From positions 129,024 through 193,023 of the forward strand of contig CAKQUG010000002.1 of the NCBI GenBank assembly GCA_934277545.1: a stretch of 64,000 bases of DNA, written 5' to 3'. Below the pieces are notes generated by a model. That model worked only from the letters and a program-made list of their open reading frames with translations, was not told the origin of the DNA and searched no databases. Shown here one piece after another: positions 1 through 9,104 of this stretch; position 1 is the stretch's first letter, and each line of letters opens with the position of its first letter. The translations under genes and the position numbers were made by a program. The DNA comes from an uncultured Alphaproteobacteria bacterium (GTDB lineage: Bacteria; Pseudomonadota; Alphaproteobacteria; RF32; CAG-239).

Positions 1-75
1 AATCAACTGATTCGTATTGAAGAAGAATTGGGCGATATGGCCGTTTATGCCGGTAAATCTATTTTGAAAAAATAA
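1..75 (+). CDS. 3' end of an upstream gene (partial; ...NQLIRIEEELGDMAVYAGKSILKK*), product unknown
   Basis: Open frame enters from the window edge and stops at TAA 73-75. A hairpin and T-run follow immediately. Confidence 0.3.
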   Translation, partial: NQLIRIEEELGDMAVYAGKSILKK

Positions 76-98
76 TTTCAAATAGCTTGAATTGTTGA

Positions 99-126
99 AA
101 AGGAGTGTTGTTCGCACTCCTTTTTG
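99..126 (+). terminator. Rho-independent terminator (AAAGGAGTG-loop-CACTCCTTT + TTTTT)
   Basis: Perfect 9-bp stem (99-107 / 115-123) followed by a T-run, directly after the stop at 75. Confidence 0.6.
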
Positions 127-138
127 CATATATAAAAT

Positions 139-170
139 TCCTCCAGTTTATACTGGAGGAGTTTCATTTT
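139..170 (-). terminator. Rho-independent terminator for the minus-strand M48 peptidase gene
   Basis: Perfect 9-bp stem TCCTCCAGT / ACTGGAGGA (139-147 / 152-160) with a 4-nt loop. On the minus-strand RNA it is followed by a U-rich AUUUUAUAU tract. Confidence 0.55.
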
Positions 171-179
171 CCGCTGAAA

Positions 180-1544
180 TTAAAAAGTGCGGCGTTCTTT
201 TAGCTCTGCTTTAATCCGTTCTTCTAAATCTTCAAGTTTTAATAAAACAGATTTTGTCGGATTGGCATTTTTAGCGCGTTTAACCTGCTTTTGTGCCCCA
301 TCTAAATTGCCGATAGCATAGTTAAATTCGGCGGCGGCATAATAGGAAGCGGCCTTTTCACCGCATATATCATAAGCGCGGGCAAGTAATTGCCAGCCGG
401 TTGTAGTCGGTACGCTGATGAGCGACTGCTGCAATAAATCAGCCGCCTTTTGCGCTTGCGGTTTAGATGGTGAATTTTCTAAAATTGAGTGCGCCAAACT
501 AATTTTTAAGAGCGGTGAACCAGGTAAAAGTTTCAACGCTTTTTCATAAGCCGCCACACTTTTTGCCACTTGACCGCTTTCAAATAAAAATTGCCCTTTA
601 AGTTCATGAAAATACGGATTATTCGGCTGTTGAGCAATTAAATTGTCTATTTCCGCCAAGGCTCCGGCGACATTGCCTAATCTAAAGTCTAAAACTGCGT
701 GGGCGTAACGAGCCGGAGCGTCGTTTTTGCTCAAAGGGTACAAACGTTTCACTTTAGCTGTATCCAGCATAAAAGCGGTTAGTTTGGCTTTTATCATAGC
801 CAGATTGGCGTCTAGTGGATTCGCCGTGCTGAAGTTATTGTTTTTTGCCGCTTCGTTAAAGTGGCTGATACGCTCGGTCGTCATCGGGTGAGTGCGGAAG
901 TAGTCGCTTTCTTCAATACCGCTCAAAGCGTTTTGTTGCTTGATTTTGCGCATAAAACGCTTTAATCCTGCCGTTGATTGCTTGGTTTTAGCCAATAACT
1001 TGACGGCGCTTTCATCAGCGCTGCGTTCTTCTTCCACCTGATAATTCAGCATACTGTTCAAAGCAGAGCTTTGCGAGCCTAAAATAACCGCCATTGCGGC
1101 GTCTCCGCGTCCGGTGGATACTGCGGCGGCTCCGGCTGCAAGCATAGACCCCAGCATGACATATTGCATTTTTTCCATTTTTAATTTTTGTCGTACGATA
1201 TGACCACCTAAAATATGTCCGGTTTCGTGCGCCAAAATTCCGGCAAGTTCATTCGTATCGTCAATATTTAATAAAGTTCCCGTATTGACAAACAGATAGT
1301 TGCCGTCGCTGACAAAAGCGTTTAAAGAATTGTCGCTGACAATGAAAATATTGTTAGAATTAAAGTTGACGCCGGCAGCTTTGAAAAGCGGCTGCACCAC
1401 TTTAGCTAAATAGCTTTCGGTTTCGGCGTCGGAAATTAGCGTTATCCCTTGACTTAGCGCCGTCTTAAAAGGGAAGGCGGCGCATAAGCTCAAGAAAAAA
1501 AAGCAACAAATTTTTCGGATTAGCCGATAAGTTTTTTCCACCAT
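180..1544 (-). CDS. M48-family zinc metallopeptidase with C-terminal TPR repeats (BepA/YfgC-like periplasmic protease)
   Basis: HETGH zinc motif (HEXXH), N-terminal signal-like hydrophobic segment, TPR-like C-terminal half. The architecture is typical of BepA. The annotated start overlaps the rne 3' end by 25 nt. Confidence 0.7.
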   Translation of the reverse strand: MVEKTYRLIRKICCFFFLSLCAAFPFKTALSQGITLISDAETESYLAKVVQPLFKAAGVNFNSNNIFIVSDNSLNAFVSDGNYLFVNTGTLLNIDDTNELAGILAHETGHILGGHIVRQKLKMEKMQYVMLGSMLAAGAAAVSTGRGDAAMAVILGSQSSALNSMLNYQVEEERSADESAVKLLAKTKQSTAGLKRFMRKIKQQNALSGIEESDYFRTHPMTTERISHFNEAAKNNNFSTANPLDANLAMIKAKLTAFMLDTAKVKRLYPLSKNDAPARYAHAVLDFRLGNVAGALAEIDNLIAQQPNNPYFHELKGQFLFESGQVAKSVAAYEKALKLLPGSPLLKISLAHSILENSPSKPQAQKAADLLQQSLISVPTTTGWQLLARAYDICGEKAASYYAAAEFNYAIGNLDGAQKQVKRAKNANPTKSVLLKLEDLEERIKAELKERRTF

Positions 1545-3799
1545 GATTTTTTCTCCGGTTTTGGTTCTTCAACCGGTTGCTTAACAGTTTTTTCTTCACG
1601 TTCAAGCGGTCTTCTGTCTCGGCGGAAACGGCGTCCGCGTCCACCTTTGCGAAAACGGCGATTTTCCGCGTTGCTGTCTTCTGCTGATATTTCTTCGCTG
1701 CTTTCAACTTCTTCTTCAGTGGCTTCAATATTGTCAGTCTCATAGCAAGTTGTGGCAGCTTCCTTGCAAACAACCTGATTCGGTAATTTTTCGCGTTCAA
1801 TTTTGAAGTCGGAAGCATCTTTCATAGCGGTGTCGCCGGCAATGATTACGCAGATTTGATATTGTTCTTCCAAAGCTGTCAGCTGCTTGCGTTTTTGATT
1901 CAGTAAATATGCAGCAATGTCGGCCGGCACAGTCGCGGTAATTTTCATATTTTGACCGCGTACGGCTTCGCCTTCAATCGCGCGCAAAATCAAAGTGGCT
2001 CCGGATTCGATAGTGCGGACAACTCCATGACCATGGCAATACGGACAGGTTTCATAGTTGCTTTCCATAAAGGACGAGTGCATACGCTGGCGAGAAATTT
2101 CCAGCAGTCCGAAAATACTCATTTTAGCAATTTGAATACGGGCGCGGTCGTCTTTCATTGCTTCTTTCATACGTTTTTCAACAGCCACATTGTTTTGCGG
2201 CTCGTACATATCAATAAAATCGACCACTACCAAACCGGCTAAATCACGCATTTTCAGTTGTTTGGCAATTTCATCTGCCGCCTCAAGGTTGGTTTTGAGA
2301 GCGGTTTCTTCAATATCTTTTTCTTTGGTGGCGCGTCCGGAGTTTACATCAATAGAGACCAGAGCTTCGGTCGGGTTGATTACCAGATAGCCGCCGGATT
2401 CCAGCTGAACAATCGGATTATGCAGCTTATCCAGCTGAGCCTCAATTTGAAAGCGTTGGAACACCGGAGCTTCACCGGGACGACGGCATTTGATATGGCG
2501 CAGGTTATGCGGCGACAAAATCTTTACGAAATTGCGTGCAGTCTGATAAGCAGCGTCGCCGTCGATAATCACTTCGGAAATATCTTTGGTGTACATATCG
2601 CGCAAAGCACGCTTAATCAAGTTGCCTTCTTCATAAATGATTGCCGGCGGCTGATTGCGCAAGGCGCTGTAGCGAATGGCGTTCCAAGTGCGGATAAGAT
2701 AGTTATAGTCGCGCACTATGTCGGCCTTGGTTTTGTCTTCTCCGGCGGTGCGCACAATCAGCGACATTTCCGGATTAAGCGGAAGTTCTTTGATAATGCC
2801 TTTTAAGCGCTTGCGGTCGTTGGCGTTGGTAATTTTGCGGGAAACACCGCCGCTTTTAATGCGGTTAGGCATTAAAACGCAATAGCGTCCGGCCAAAGAA
2901 ATGTAGGTTGTGCAGGCGGCGCCTTTATTGCCGCGCTCTTCTTTGACAACCTGAACCATAAGAGTCTGACCTTCTCTGATTACCTCTTGAATGGTGCTGC
3001 GGTGAAACAGTTTGCGGGCACGTAAAAGTTTACGCTGTAAATCAAAATTGTATTCTGCGGATTCGCAATCTGTGTCTTCATCTTCATCATCGTCGATGCA
3101 GTCTTCTTCTATGGATTCGTCATCGGTGCCGGTGGCGTCGGCCATAGTCTTAGGCGATTCGGCTTTTTTACGCGGACGGCGAGTGTAGCGGCGGCGTTTT
3201 TTCGGAGCTTCCTCATTTTGGGATTCTTCAGCCGTATTTTCTTCAGAATTTTCTGCAGCCGTTGTTTCTTCATCTGCGATTTGTGCTTCAGTATTTTCTT
3301 CGGCTGTTGTTTCTGAAACAGATTCGTTATTTCCCTGTAAATAATCGTCATTTTCCGGAATAACGTTTTGTGCCGGTTCAAGCTGAGCTTCTTCTATTTC
3401 CTGAGCTTGTTCAGCTTCCAGCCGACGCTGTGCTTCCTGCGCTTCTTTTTCGGCTTTGTAACGGGCCTTTTCAGCTTCGCGTTCTTTTAAATATTGAATT
3501 TTATTGTTGATAATTTCATCAACTTCGGCATTGACTTCTTTCAATACTTCTTCTGAAACATTGTAATAATCAGGATGAATTTCATTAAAAGCCAAAAAAC
3601 CGTGTTTATTGCCGCCGTAATCAATAAAAGCGGCTTGCAAAGACGGTTCAATACGGATTACTTTAGCTGTGTAAATATTTCCTTTAATTTGTTTGCGTGA
3701 AGATGATTCGAATTCCACATCTTCAACTTTATTGCCATCAACAATCACAACGCGGGTTTCTTCCGGCTGCGTATCATCGATTAACATTCTTTTAGTCAT
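1520..3799 (-). CDS. rne: Ribonuclease E
   Basis: N-terminal S1/catalytic region matches RNase E/G, including the CPYCHGHG zinc-link motif. A long acidic/Arg-rich scaffold follows, with a C-terminal RRFRRDRR tract. 759 aa. Confidence 0.9.
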   Translation of the reverse strand: MTKRMLIDDTQPEETRVVIVDGNKVEDVEFESSSRKQIKGNIYTAKVIRIEPSLQAAFIDYGGNKHGFLAFNEIHPDYYNVSEEVLKEVNAEVDEIINNKIQYLKEREAEKARYKAEKEAQEAQRRLEAEQAQEIEEAQLEPAQNVIPENDDYLQGNNESVSETTAEENTEAQIADEETTAAENSEENTAEESQNEEAPKKRRRYTRRPRKKAESPKTMADATGTDDESIEEDCIDDDEDEDTDCESAEYNFDLQRKLLRARKLFHRSTIQEVIREGQTLMVQVVKEERGNKGAACTTYISLAGRYCVLMPNRIKSGGVSRKITNANDRKRLKGIIKELPLNPEMSLIVRTAGEDKTKADIVRDYNYLIRTWNAIRYSALRNQPPAIIYEEGNLIKRALRDMYTKDISEVIIDGDAAYQTARNFVKILSPHNLRHIKCRRPGEAPVFQRFQIEAQLDKLHNPIVQLESGGYLVINPTEALVSIDVNSGRATKEKDIEETALKTNLEAADEIAKQLKMRDLAGLVVVDFIDMYEPQNNVAVEKRMKEAMKDDRARIQIAKMSIFGLLEISRQRMHSSFMESNYETCPYCHGHGVVRTIESGATLILRAIEGEAVRGQNMKITATVPADIAAYLLNQKRKQLTALEEQYQICVIIAGDTAMKDASDFKIEREKLPNQVVCKEAATTCYETDNIEATEEEVESSEEISAEDSNAENRRFRKGGRGRRFRRDRRPLEREEKTVKQPVEEPKPEKKSWWKKLIG

Positions 3800-4230
3800 T
3801 ATATAACCCCATAATATGGCTCAGCATCAGAGCCGTTAATACAACGGGTATGATAATAAAATGCAAAAATCCGCCAACGGCGTAAACCAAAAATAATACC
3901 AAATCCGCCTGTGTTTTTTTTATTAAGACGGCGGCGTTGTTTTGCTTTTGCCTTTTCGTTATTTCTTCCTTATTCTTCTTACTTATTAGAAAATGCCGAA
4001 AAGGTTGTTATCTAACCCAAACTTTTTGCTTTCGTTAATGTTGAAAATGTCTTTTTCCTGTCTAATAAAAACTCTCAAATTTAAAATCATTTTCAACCGA
4101 AAAACAGTGTTAGCATAATAAAGAAAAATAAAAAAACAATATTTTTTTTAAAATTTTGCCAAAAAAATATAAATTTTAACAGATTGGTAATAAGTGAATT
4201 TTATAATTTTGAGCAAAATGAGGTACATTT

Positions 4231-5472
4231 ATGCGTAAATTTCTAAAAAAAATCACAAGCGCTTTGCTTTTATCGGCATGGGCATTGTTTTGTACTGTCG
4301 AGGCAAATGCGTCAGTACAGGTTAATGATTTCCGTATCGGCAATCAATCAGATGGTGTGCGTGTGGTTTTTGATATGAACCAAAGTGTGAACTATCGGGT
4401 GTTTTTGCTGGATTCTCCGCAGCGTTTGGTGATTGATTTGGATAACACGGCTATAAACAACGTGTTTACCGGTGTAAAGAATCAGATTGTTTCTAAAGCC
4501 CGGGTCGGAAAACTTGACGGCAACAATAAACGTGTGGTGCTGGAACTGGCTCGTCCTGTTGTCGTTAAAAAGGCTTTTATGCTGCAGCCGCAAAGCGGTA
4601 AACCGTGGCGGTTTGTGGTTGACGCCAAGCTGGCTACTGCGGCGGAATTTAAAAACCATATCGGCAATAAACATATTGTAACTAATGACACAAAATTTGT
4701 TCCGCAGGAAAGTAAAACTGATGAAAATTGGTTTGGTTTCGGCAGTCAGAATAATAATACTTCCGGCAAAGCGGCAAAACGTAAGCGCATTATTGTTTTA
4801 GACCCGGGGCATGGCGGTAAAGATCCTGGAGCTATCGGTGCTCACAGTAAAACTTATGAAAAAAACATTACCTTGGCGATGGGAAAAGAATTGCAGGAAA
4901 TTCTGCGCCGCAAAGGCTATACCGTTTATTTAACCCGCAATACAGATATTTTTATTCCGCTGCGCCAGCGTATTAAAATTGCGCAAAAATATAAAGCAGA
5001 TTTGTTTATGTCTTTGCATGCCGACAGCGCGCAAAACCGTTCGGCAACCGGCTTGTCGGTTTATACTCTTTCCGACAAGGCGTCCGACGCCGAGGCTGCG
5101 GCTTTGGCCGAGCGTGAAAATAAGGCTGATATTATCGGCGGTGTCGACTTAGGCGGAAATACCAAAGAAGTTAATGATATTCTGATTTCTTTGTCGCAGA
5201 CCGATAGCCGAAATAAATCATCTAAATATGCAACATATTTGGTAAAAGAAATGGCCAAAAGCGTTAAGCTCGTTAAAAATACCCACCGTTTTGCCGGCTT
5301 TGCCGTGCTGAAAGCGCCTGATATGCCGTCAGCTTTGCTGGAAATGGGGTATTTATCCAACAAAACCGAAGAGGCTAAATTGAGAACTCCTGCTTATCGT
5401 AAAAAATTAGCAAATTCGGCGGCATCTGCCATTGATAAATATTTTAATGACCCCGAAATTGCCTCAAATTAA
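4231..5472 (+). CDS. amiC: N-acetylmuramoyl-L-alanine amidase (AMIN domain + Amidase_3), AmiC-like
   Basis: Signal peptide, then an AMIN-like N-terminal domain, then an Amidase_3 core (VLDPGHGGKDPGA ... ADLFMSLHADS ... PSALLEMGYLSN). GAGGT ribosome-binding site upstream. Confidence 0.8.
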   Translation: MRKFLKKITSALLLSAWALFCTVEANASVQVNDFRIGNQSDGVRVVFDMNQSVNYRVFLLDSPQRLVIDLDNTAINNVFTGVKNQIVSKARVGKLDGNNKRVVLELARPVVVKKAFMLQPQSGKPWRFVVDAKLATAAEFKNHIGNKHIVTNDTKFVPQESKTDENWFGFGSQNNNTSGKAAKRKRIIVLDPGHGGKDPGAIGAHSKTYEKNITLAMGKELQEILRRKGYTVYLTRNTDIFIPLRQRIKIAQKYKADLFMSLHADSAQNRSATGLSVYTLSDKASDAEAAALAERENKADIIGGVDLGGNTKEVNDILISLSQTDSRNKSSKYATYLVKEMAKSVKLVKNTHRFAGFAVLKAPDMPSALLEMGYLSNKTEEAKLRTPAYRKKLANSAASAIDKYFNDPEIASN

Positions 5473-5564
5473 CATAAACTGCTGTAAACTGCGATATTTT
5501 TATTGCATTTTTTTAATATTGTAATAAATTTTCACTAAATTTTAATTCGCTTAAGTGAGTATAA

Positions 5565-7973
5565 ATGCTGAGAATTTTATCATATTTAGCCAGTATGGCT
5601 TTGTTTTTTTTAATTGTTTTGGTTGTCGTTATTACATACGGCATTACTAAAATCAATATTACGATTCCTGATTACCGTCAGCTGGAAACCTACGAACCTC
5701 CGGTTACAACACGTTTATTTGCCGGCGACGGACAAGTTATGATGGAGTACGCTGCCGAAAAGCGTTTGTTTGTGCCGATAGAAAAAATACCGGACAAAGT
5801 TAAACACGCTTTTATTGCCGCAGAAGACAAGCATTTTTATACTCACTCAGGTATAGATTATTTGGGGATTATCCGCGCGGTTTTGGGTAACTTGAAAAAA
5901 ATCGGCACCGGACGCCGTCCGGCAGGTGCTTCCACTATTACACAGCAGGTGGCAAAAAACTTTTTATTGAGTTCCGAGCTTTCATATACGCGAAAAATTA
6001 AAGAAGCCATTTTGGCGCGGCGTATAGACAAGGCTTTTTCAAAAGACCATATTTTAGAGCTGTATCTGAATGAAATTTATTTGGGCAACCGCTCATATGG
6101 TGTTGCCGCCGCGGCGATGAACTATTTTGGCAAATCTCTTGATGATTTGACTTTAGATGAAATAGCTTATTTGGCAGCTTTACCTAAAGGACCTAATAAT
6201 TATAATCCTAAAACTCGTTATGATGCCGCTGTTGCTCGTCGTAATTGGGTAATTTCCCGCATGGTTGAAGACGGATATGCCGATGAAAAAGAAGCTGAGG
6301 AAGCCCAAAAACGTCCGCTGAAAGTAGTTGAGCGCAAAAGCGGATTTTTGAAAGATACAGAATATTACAGCGAGGAAGTTCGTCGCACGATAAGCCGTAA
6401 TTTCGGCGATGATGCTCTTTACCAAGGCGGTTTGATTGTTCGTACGACCATAGACCCGCGCTTGCAGGAAATCGCTACTAAATCCTTGCGTAAAGGTTTG
6501 CTTGAATACGACCGCCGTCATGGTTGGCGTGGCGCTACAGCCAAAATAAAAATAGATGAGAACTATAAGAAGAGTCTGCAAGAGGCAAAACTTATCGGCG
6601 GAGCAGAAGAAAGCTGGCAAAAAGCCGTAGTTTTGAAAGTTACCAAAGATAAGGCGGAAATAGAAACCGTTGACGGTGCAAACGGTGTGATTCCGTTATC
6701 ATTGCTGGCTTGGGCACGCCATGCCGAAAAAAGGCAGAATCTTGGTGCAGCCCCAACCTCTGTGGAACAGGTTTTGCACAAAGGCGATGTGGTTTATGTT
6801 GAAAAAACCGCCGAAAAAGAAAACTATAACTTGCGGCAAATTCCCGAGGTTGAAGGCGGTATGGCGGTTATGGATCCGCACACAGGTAAGGTTTTGGCTT
6901 TAGTCGGTGGTTTTTCTTTTGCCAAATCACAATTTAACCGCGCTACACAGGCTTATCGTCAAACCGGTTCTACTTTCAAGCCGTTTGTTTATTTGACAGC
7001 GCTGGAACTCGGGTATTCGCCGACAGACTTGATTTTGGACGCACCTTTTGTTTTGGACCAAGGCGAGGGTATGCCTAAATGGAAACCGGTTAACTTTTCT
7101 AAAAAGTTTTACGGACTTATGACTTTGCGCCGCGGAGTTGAGCTTTCTAAAAACCTGATGACCGTGCGCTTGGCACAAGATATAGGTATGGATAAAATTG
7201 TAGATATGTCAAAACGTATTGGCGTAAACGACCATTTGGCTCCGTATCTGTCATCATCTTTGGGCGCCGCCGATACTCGCGTTATCAATATGGTTGCAGC
7301 TTATGCCGTGATTGTAAACGGCGGTAAGAAAGTGCCGCCTTATATGATTGAGCGTATCCAAGACCGTAAGGGACACACAATTTATCGTCATGAGCAGACA
7401 CCATGTCCTGAGTGTAATGCAACAAAATGGGAAAATCAGCCGGTGCCGGATTTTCATGTTGTGCGTGAACAGGTTGTTGACCCATTGTCGGCGTATCAGA
7501 TGACTTCTATTCTTGAAGGCGTGGCAACACGCGGAACCGGCGCCAGATTGAACGGTTTGCATCGCCATATTGCCGGAAAAACCGGTACAACCAACGAAAC
7601 TAAAGATGCTTGGTTTGTAGGATTTACTCCGGATTTGGTGGCCGGTGTTTATGTTGGTTTTGATGAACCGATTAGTTTGGGACGCAGTGAAACCGGCGCT
7701 CATTCAGCGTTACCTATTTTTTATGATTTTATGGCCGAAGCCTTGAAAAATACTCCGGATACAAATTTCCGTATACCGGAGGGAATTAAACTGGTGCGTG
7801 TTAACCCGCAAACCGGTAAGCCGTCGTCTCCAAGCGATTCGACTGTAATTATTGAGGCTTTGAAACCTGATTTTGAATTTAATAATAAGCAGCGTGTTAT
7901 CGGCGACGATGATGATAATATCGCCGGTCCGGAAGATGACGAGAGCGCAGTGCAAATGGGAGGCGAATACTAA
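5565..7973 (+). CDS. mrcA: Class A penicillin-binding protein 1A (transglycosylase/transpeptidase)
   Basis: N-terminal TM anchor, glycosyltransferase GT51 motifs (EDKHFYTHSGID, RKIKEA), and transpeptidase motifs STFKP (SxxK), SKN (SxN), KTGT. Confidence 0.9.
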   Translation: MLRILSYLASMALFFLIVLVVVITYGITKINITIPDYRQLETYEPPVTTRLFAGDGQVMMEYAAEKRLFVPIEKIPDKVKHAFIAAEDKHFYTHSGIDYLGIIRAVLGNLKKIGTGRRPAGASTITQQVAKNFLLSSELSYTRKIKEAILARRIDKAFSKDHILELYLNEIYLGNRSYGVAAAAMNYFGKSLDDLTLDEIAYLAALPKGPNNYNPKTRYDAAVARRNWVISRMVEDGYADEKEAEEAQKRPLKVVERKSGFLKDTEYYSEEVRRTISRNFGDDALYQGGLIVRTTIDPRLQEIATKSLRKGLLEYDRRHGWRGATAKIKIDENYKKSLQEAKLIGGAEESWQKAVVLKVTKDKAEIETVDGANGVIPLSLLAWARHAEKRQNLGAAPTSVEQVLHKGDVVYVEKTAEKENYNLRQIPEVEGGMAVMDPHTGKVLALVGGFSFAKSQFNRATQAYRQTGSTFKPFVYLTALELGYSPTDLILDAPFVLDQGEGMPKWKPVNFSKKFYGLMTLRRGVELSKNLMTVRLAQDIGMDKIVDMSKRIGVNDHLAPYLSSSLGAADTRVINMVAAYAVIVNGGKKVPPYMIERIQDRKGHTIYRHEQTPCPECNATKWENQPVPDFHVVREQVVDPLSAYQMTSILEGVATRGTGARLNGLHRHIAGKTGTTNETKDAWFVGFTPDLVAGVYVGFDEPISLGRSETGAHSALPIFYDFMAEALKNTPDTNFRIPEGIKLVRVNPQTGKPSSPSDSTVIIEALKPDFEFNNKQRVIGDDDDNIAGPEDDESAVQMGGEY

Positions 7974-7975
7974 AA

Positions 7976-9092
7976 ATGAAAGCCGAATTTTATAATTCAA
8001 TCAATGAAATCAAGCAATCGTTGGAATTGCTGAGGAGGTCTCTTTGACTATGACAACGCTGTGCAGCGCCGTGAGGAGCTGGAGGCTTTGTCTGCTGACC
8101 CCAATCTTTGGGATAATCAGGAAAAAGCGCAAAAACTGATGAGTGAAAAAAATACGTTGGAGGCCTCGTTAGACGCTTATGACGGCTATGTAAAATCTTT
8201 GGATGACTATGCCGAGATGGTTGAATTTGCCGAAAGTGAAAATGATGAAGCAATGCTTGATGATTTGCAACATAGTTTAGATGATTTGAAGACCACCGTC
8301 AAACATGCCGAGCTGGAAGCCTTGCTTTCCGGAGAGGCCGATGCTAACGACACTTATTTAGAAGTTCATGCCGGCAGCGGCGGAACCGAAGCTATGGATT
8401 GGGCGCAGATGCTTTTGCGAATGTATACGCGTTGGGCCGAAACCCACCATTATAAAGTTGAATATATAGAAGAAACCGAAGGCGAGGTGGCAGGCTTAAA
8501 ATCCGCAACCATAAAAATCAGCGGACATAATGCTTATGGTTGGTTAAAATCGGAAAGTGGAGTGCACCGCTTGGTGCGTATTTCTCCGTTTGACAGCGCC
8601 GCACGTCGTCACACCAGCTTTGCCTCTATCGGCGTCTATCCGGTAATTGATGACAATATTCAAATAGAAATAAATGAAGCTGATTGCCGAATTGATACCT
8701 ATCGCGCTTCAGGTGCCGGCGGACAGCATATTAACAAAACTGATTCGGCCGTGCGTATTACCCACATTCCGACCGGTATTGTCGTTTCCAGCCAAACCCA
8801 GCGTTCGCAATTTCAAAACCGTGATAACTGTTGGAAAATGCTGCGGGCGCGCTTATATGAAAGAGAAATGCAAAAACGTGCCGATAAGGCGCAGGAGGTG
8901 CGGGATAATCAAGGTGATAACGGCTGGGGCTTCCAGATTCGCTCTTATGTTCTGCAGCCGTACCGCTTGATAAAAGATTTGCGTACCGATGCGGAAACTG
9001 CTGATGTTAAAGGCGTTTTAGACGGAGACATAGACTTGTTTTTATCGGCTGCGTTGGCGCAGAAAATACAAGATGATACGTATGTTGTTTAG
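7976..9092 (+). CDS. prfB: Peptide chain release factor 2 (requires a programmed +1 ribosomal frameshift at 8045-8047)
   Basis: Frame 0 runs from ATG 7976 for 23 codons (MKAEFYNSINEIKQSLELLRRSL) to the in-frame UGA at 8045-8047 within CUU UGA C. The +1 frame continues DYDNAVQRREELEAL... through RF2 domains (GGQHINKTDSAVR, SPF). This matches the E. coli LRGYL*DYD junction. Confidence 0.9.
8033..8048 (+). other. RF2 programmed +1 frameshift site: internal SD-like AGGAGG, 3-nt spacer, CUU UGA C
   Basis: AGGAGG at 8033-8038, then TCT, then CTT TGA C (8042-8048). This is the canonical autoregulatory prfB recoding cassette. Confidence 0.85.
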
Positions 9093-9104
9093 TTGGGGAA
9101 AAAT

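Noticed and set aside
3109-3381. 90-aa Lys/Arg-rich ORF within rne
   Set aside because: It lies within the RNase E Arg-rich scaffold region of the same strand's gene, and the alternative frame has no support.
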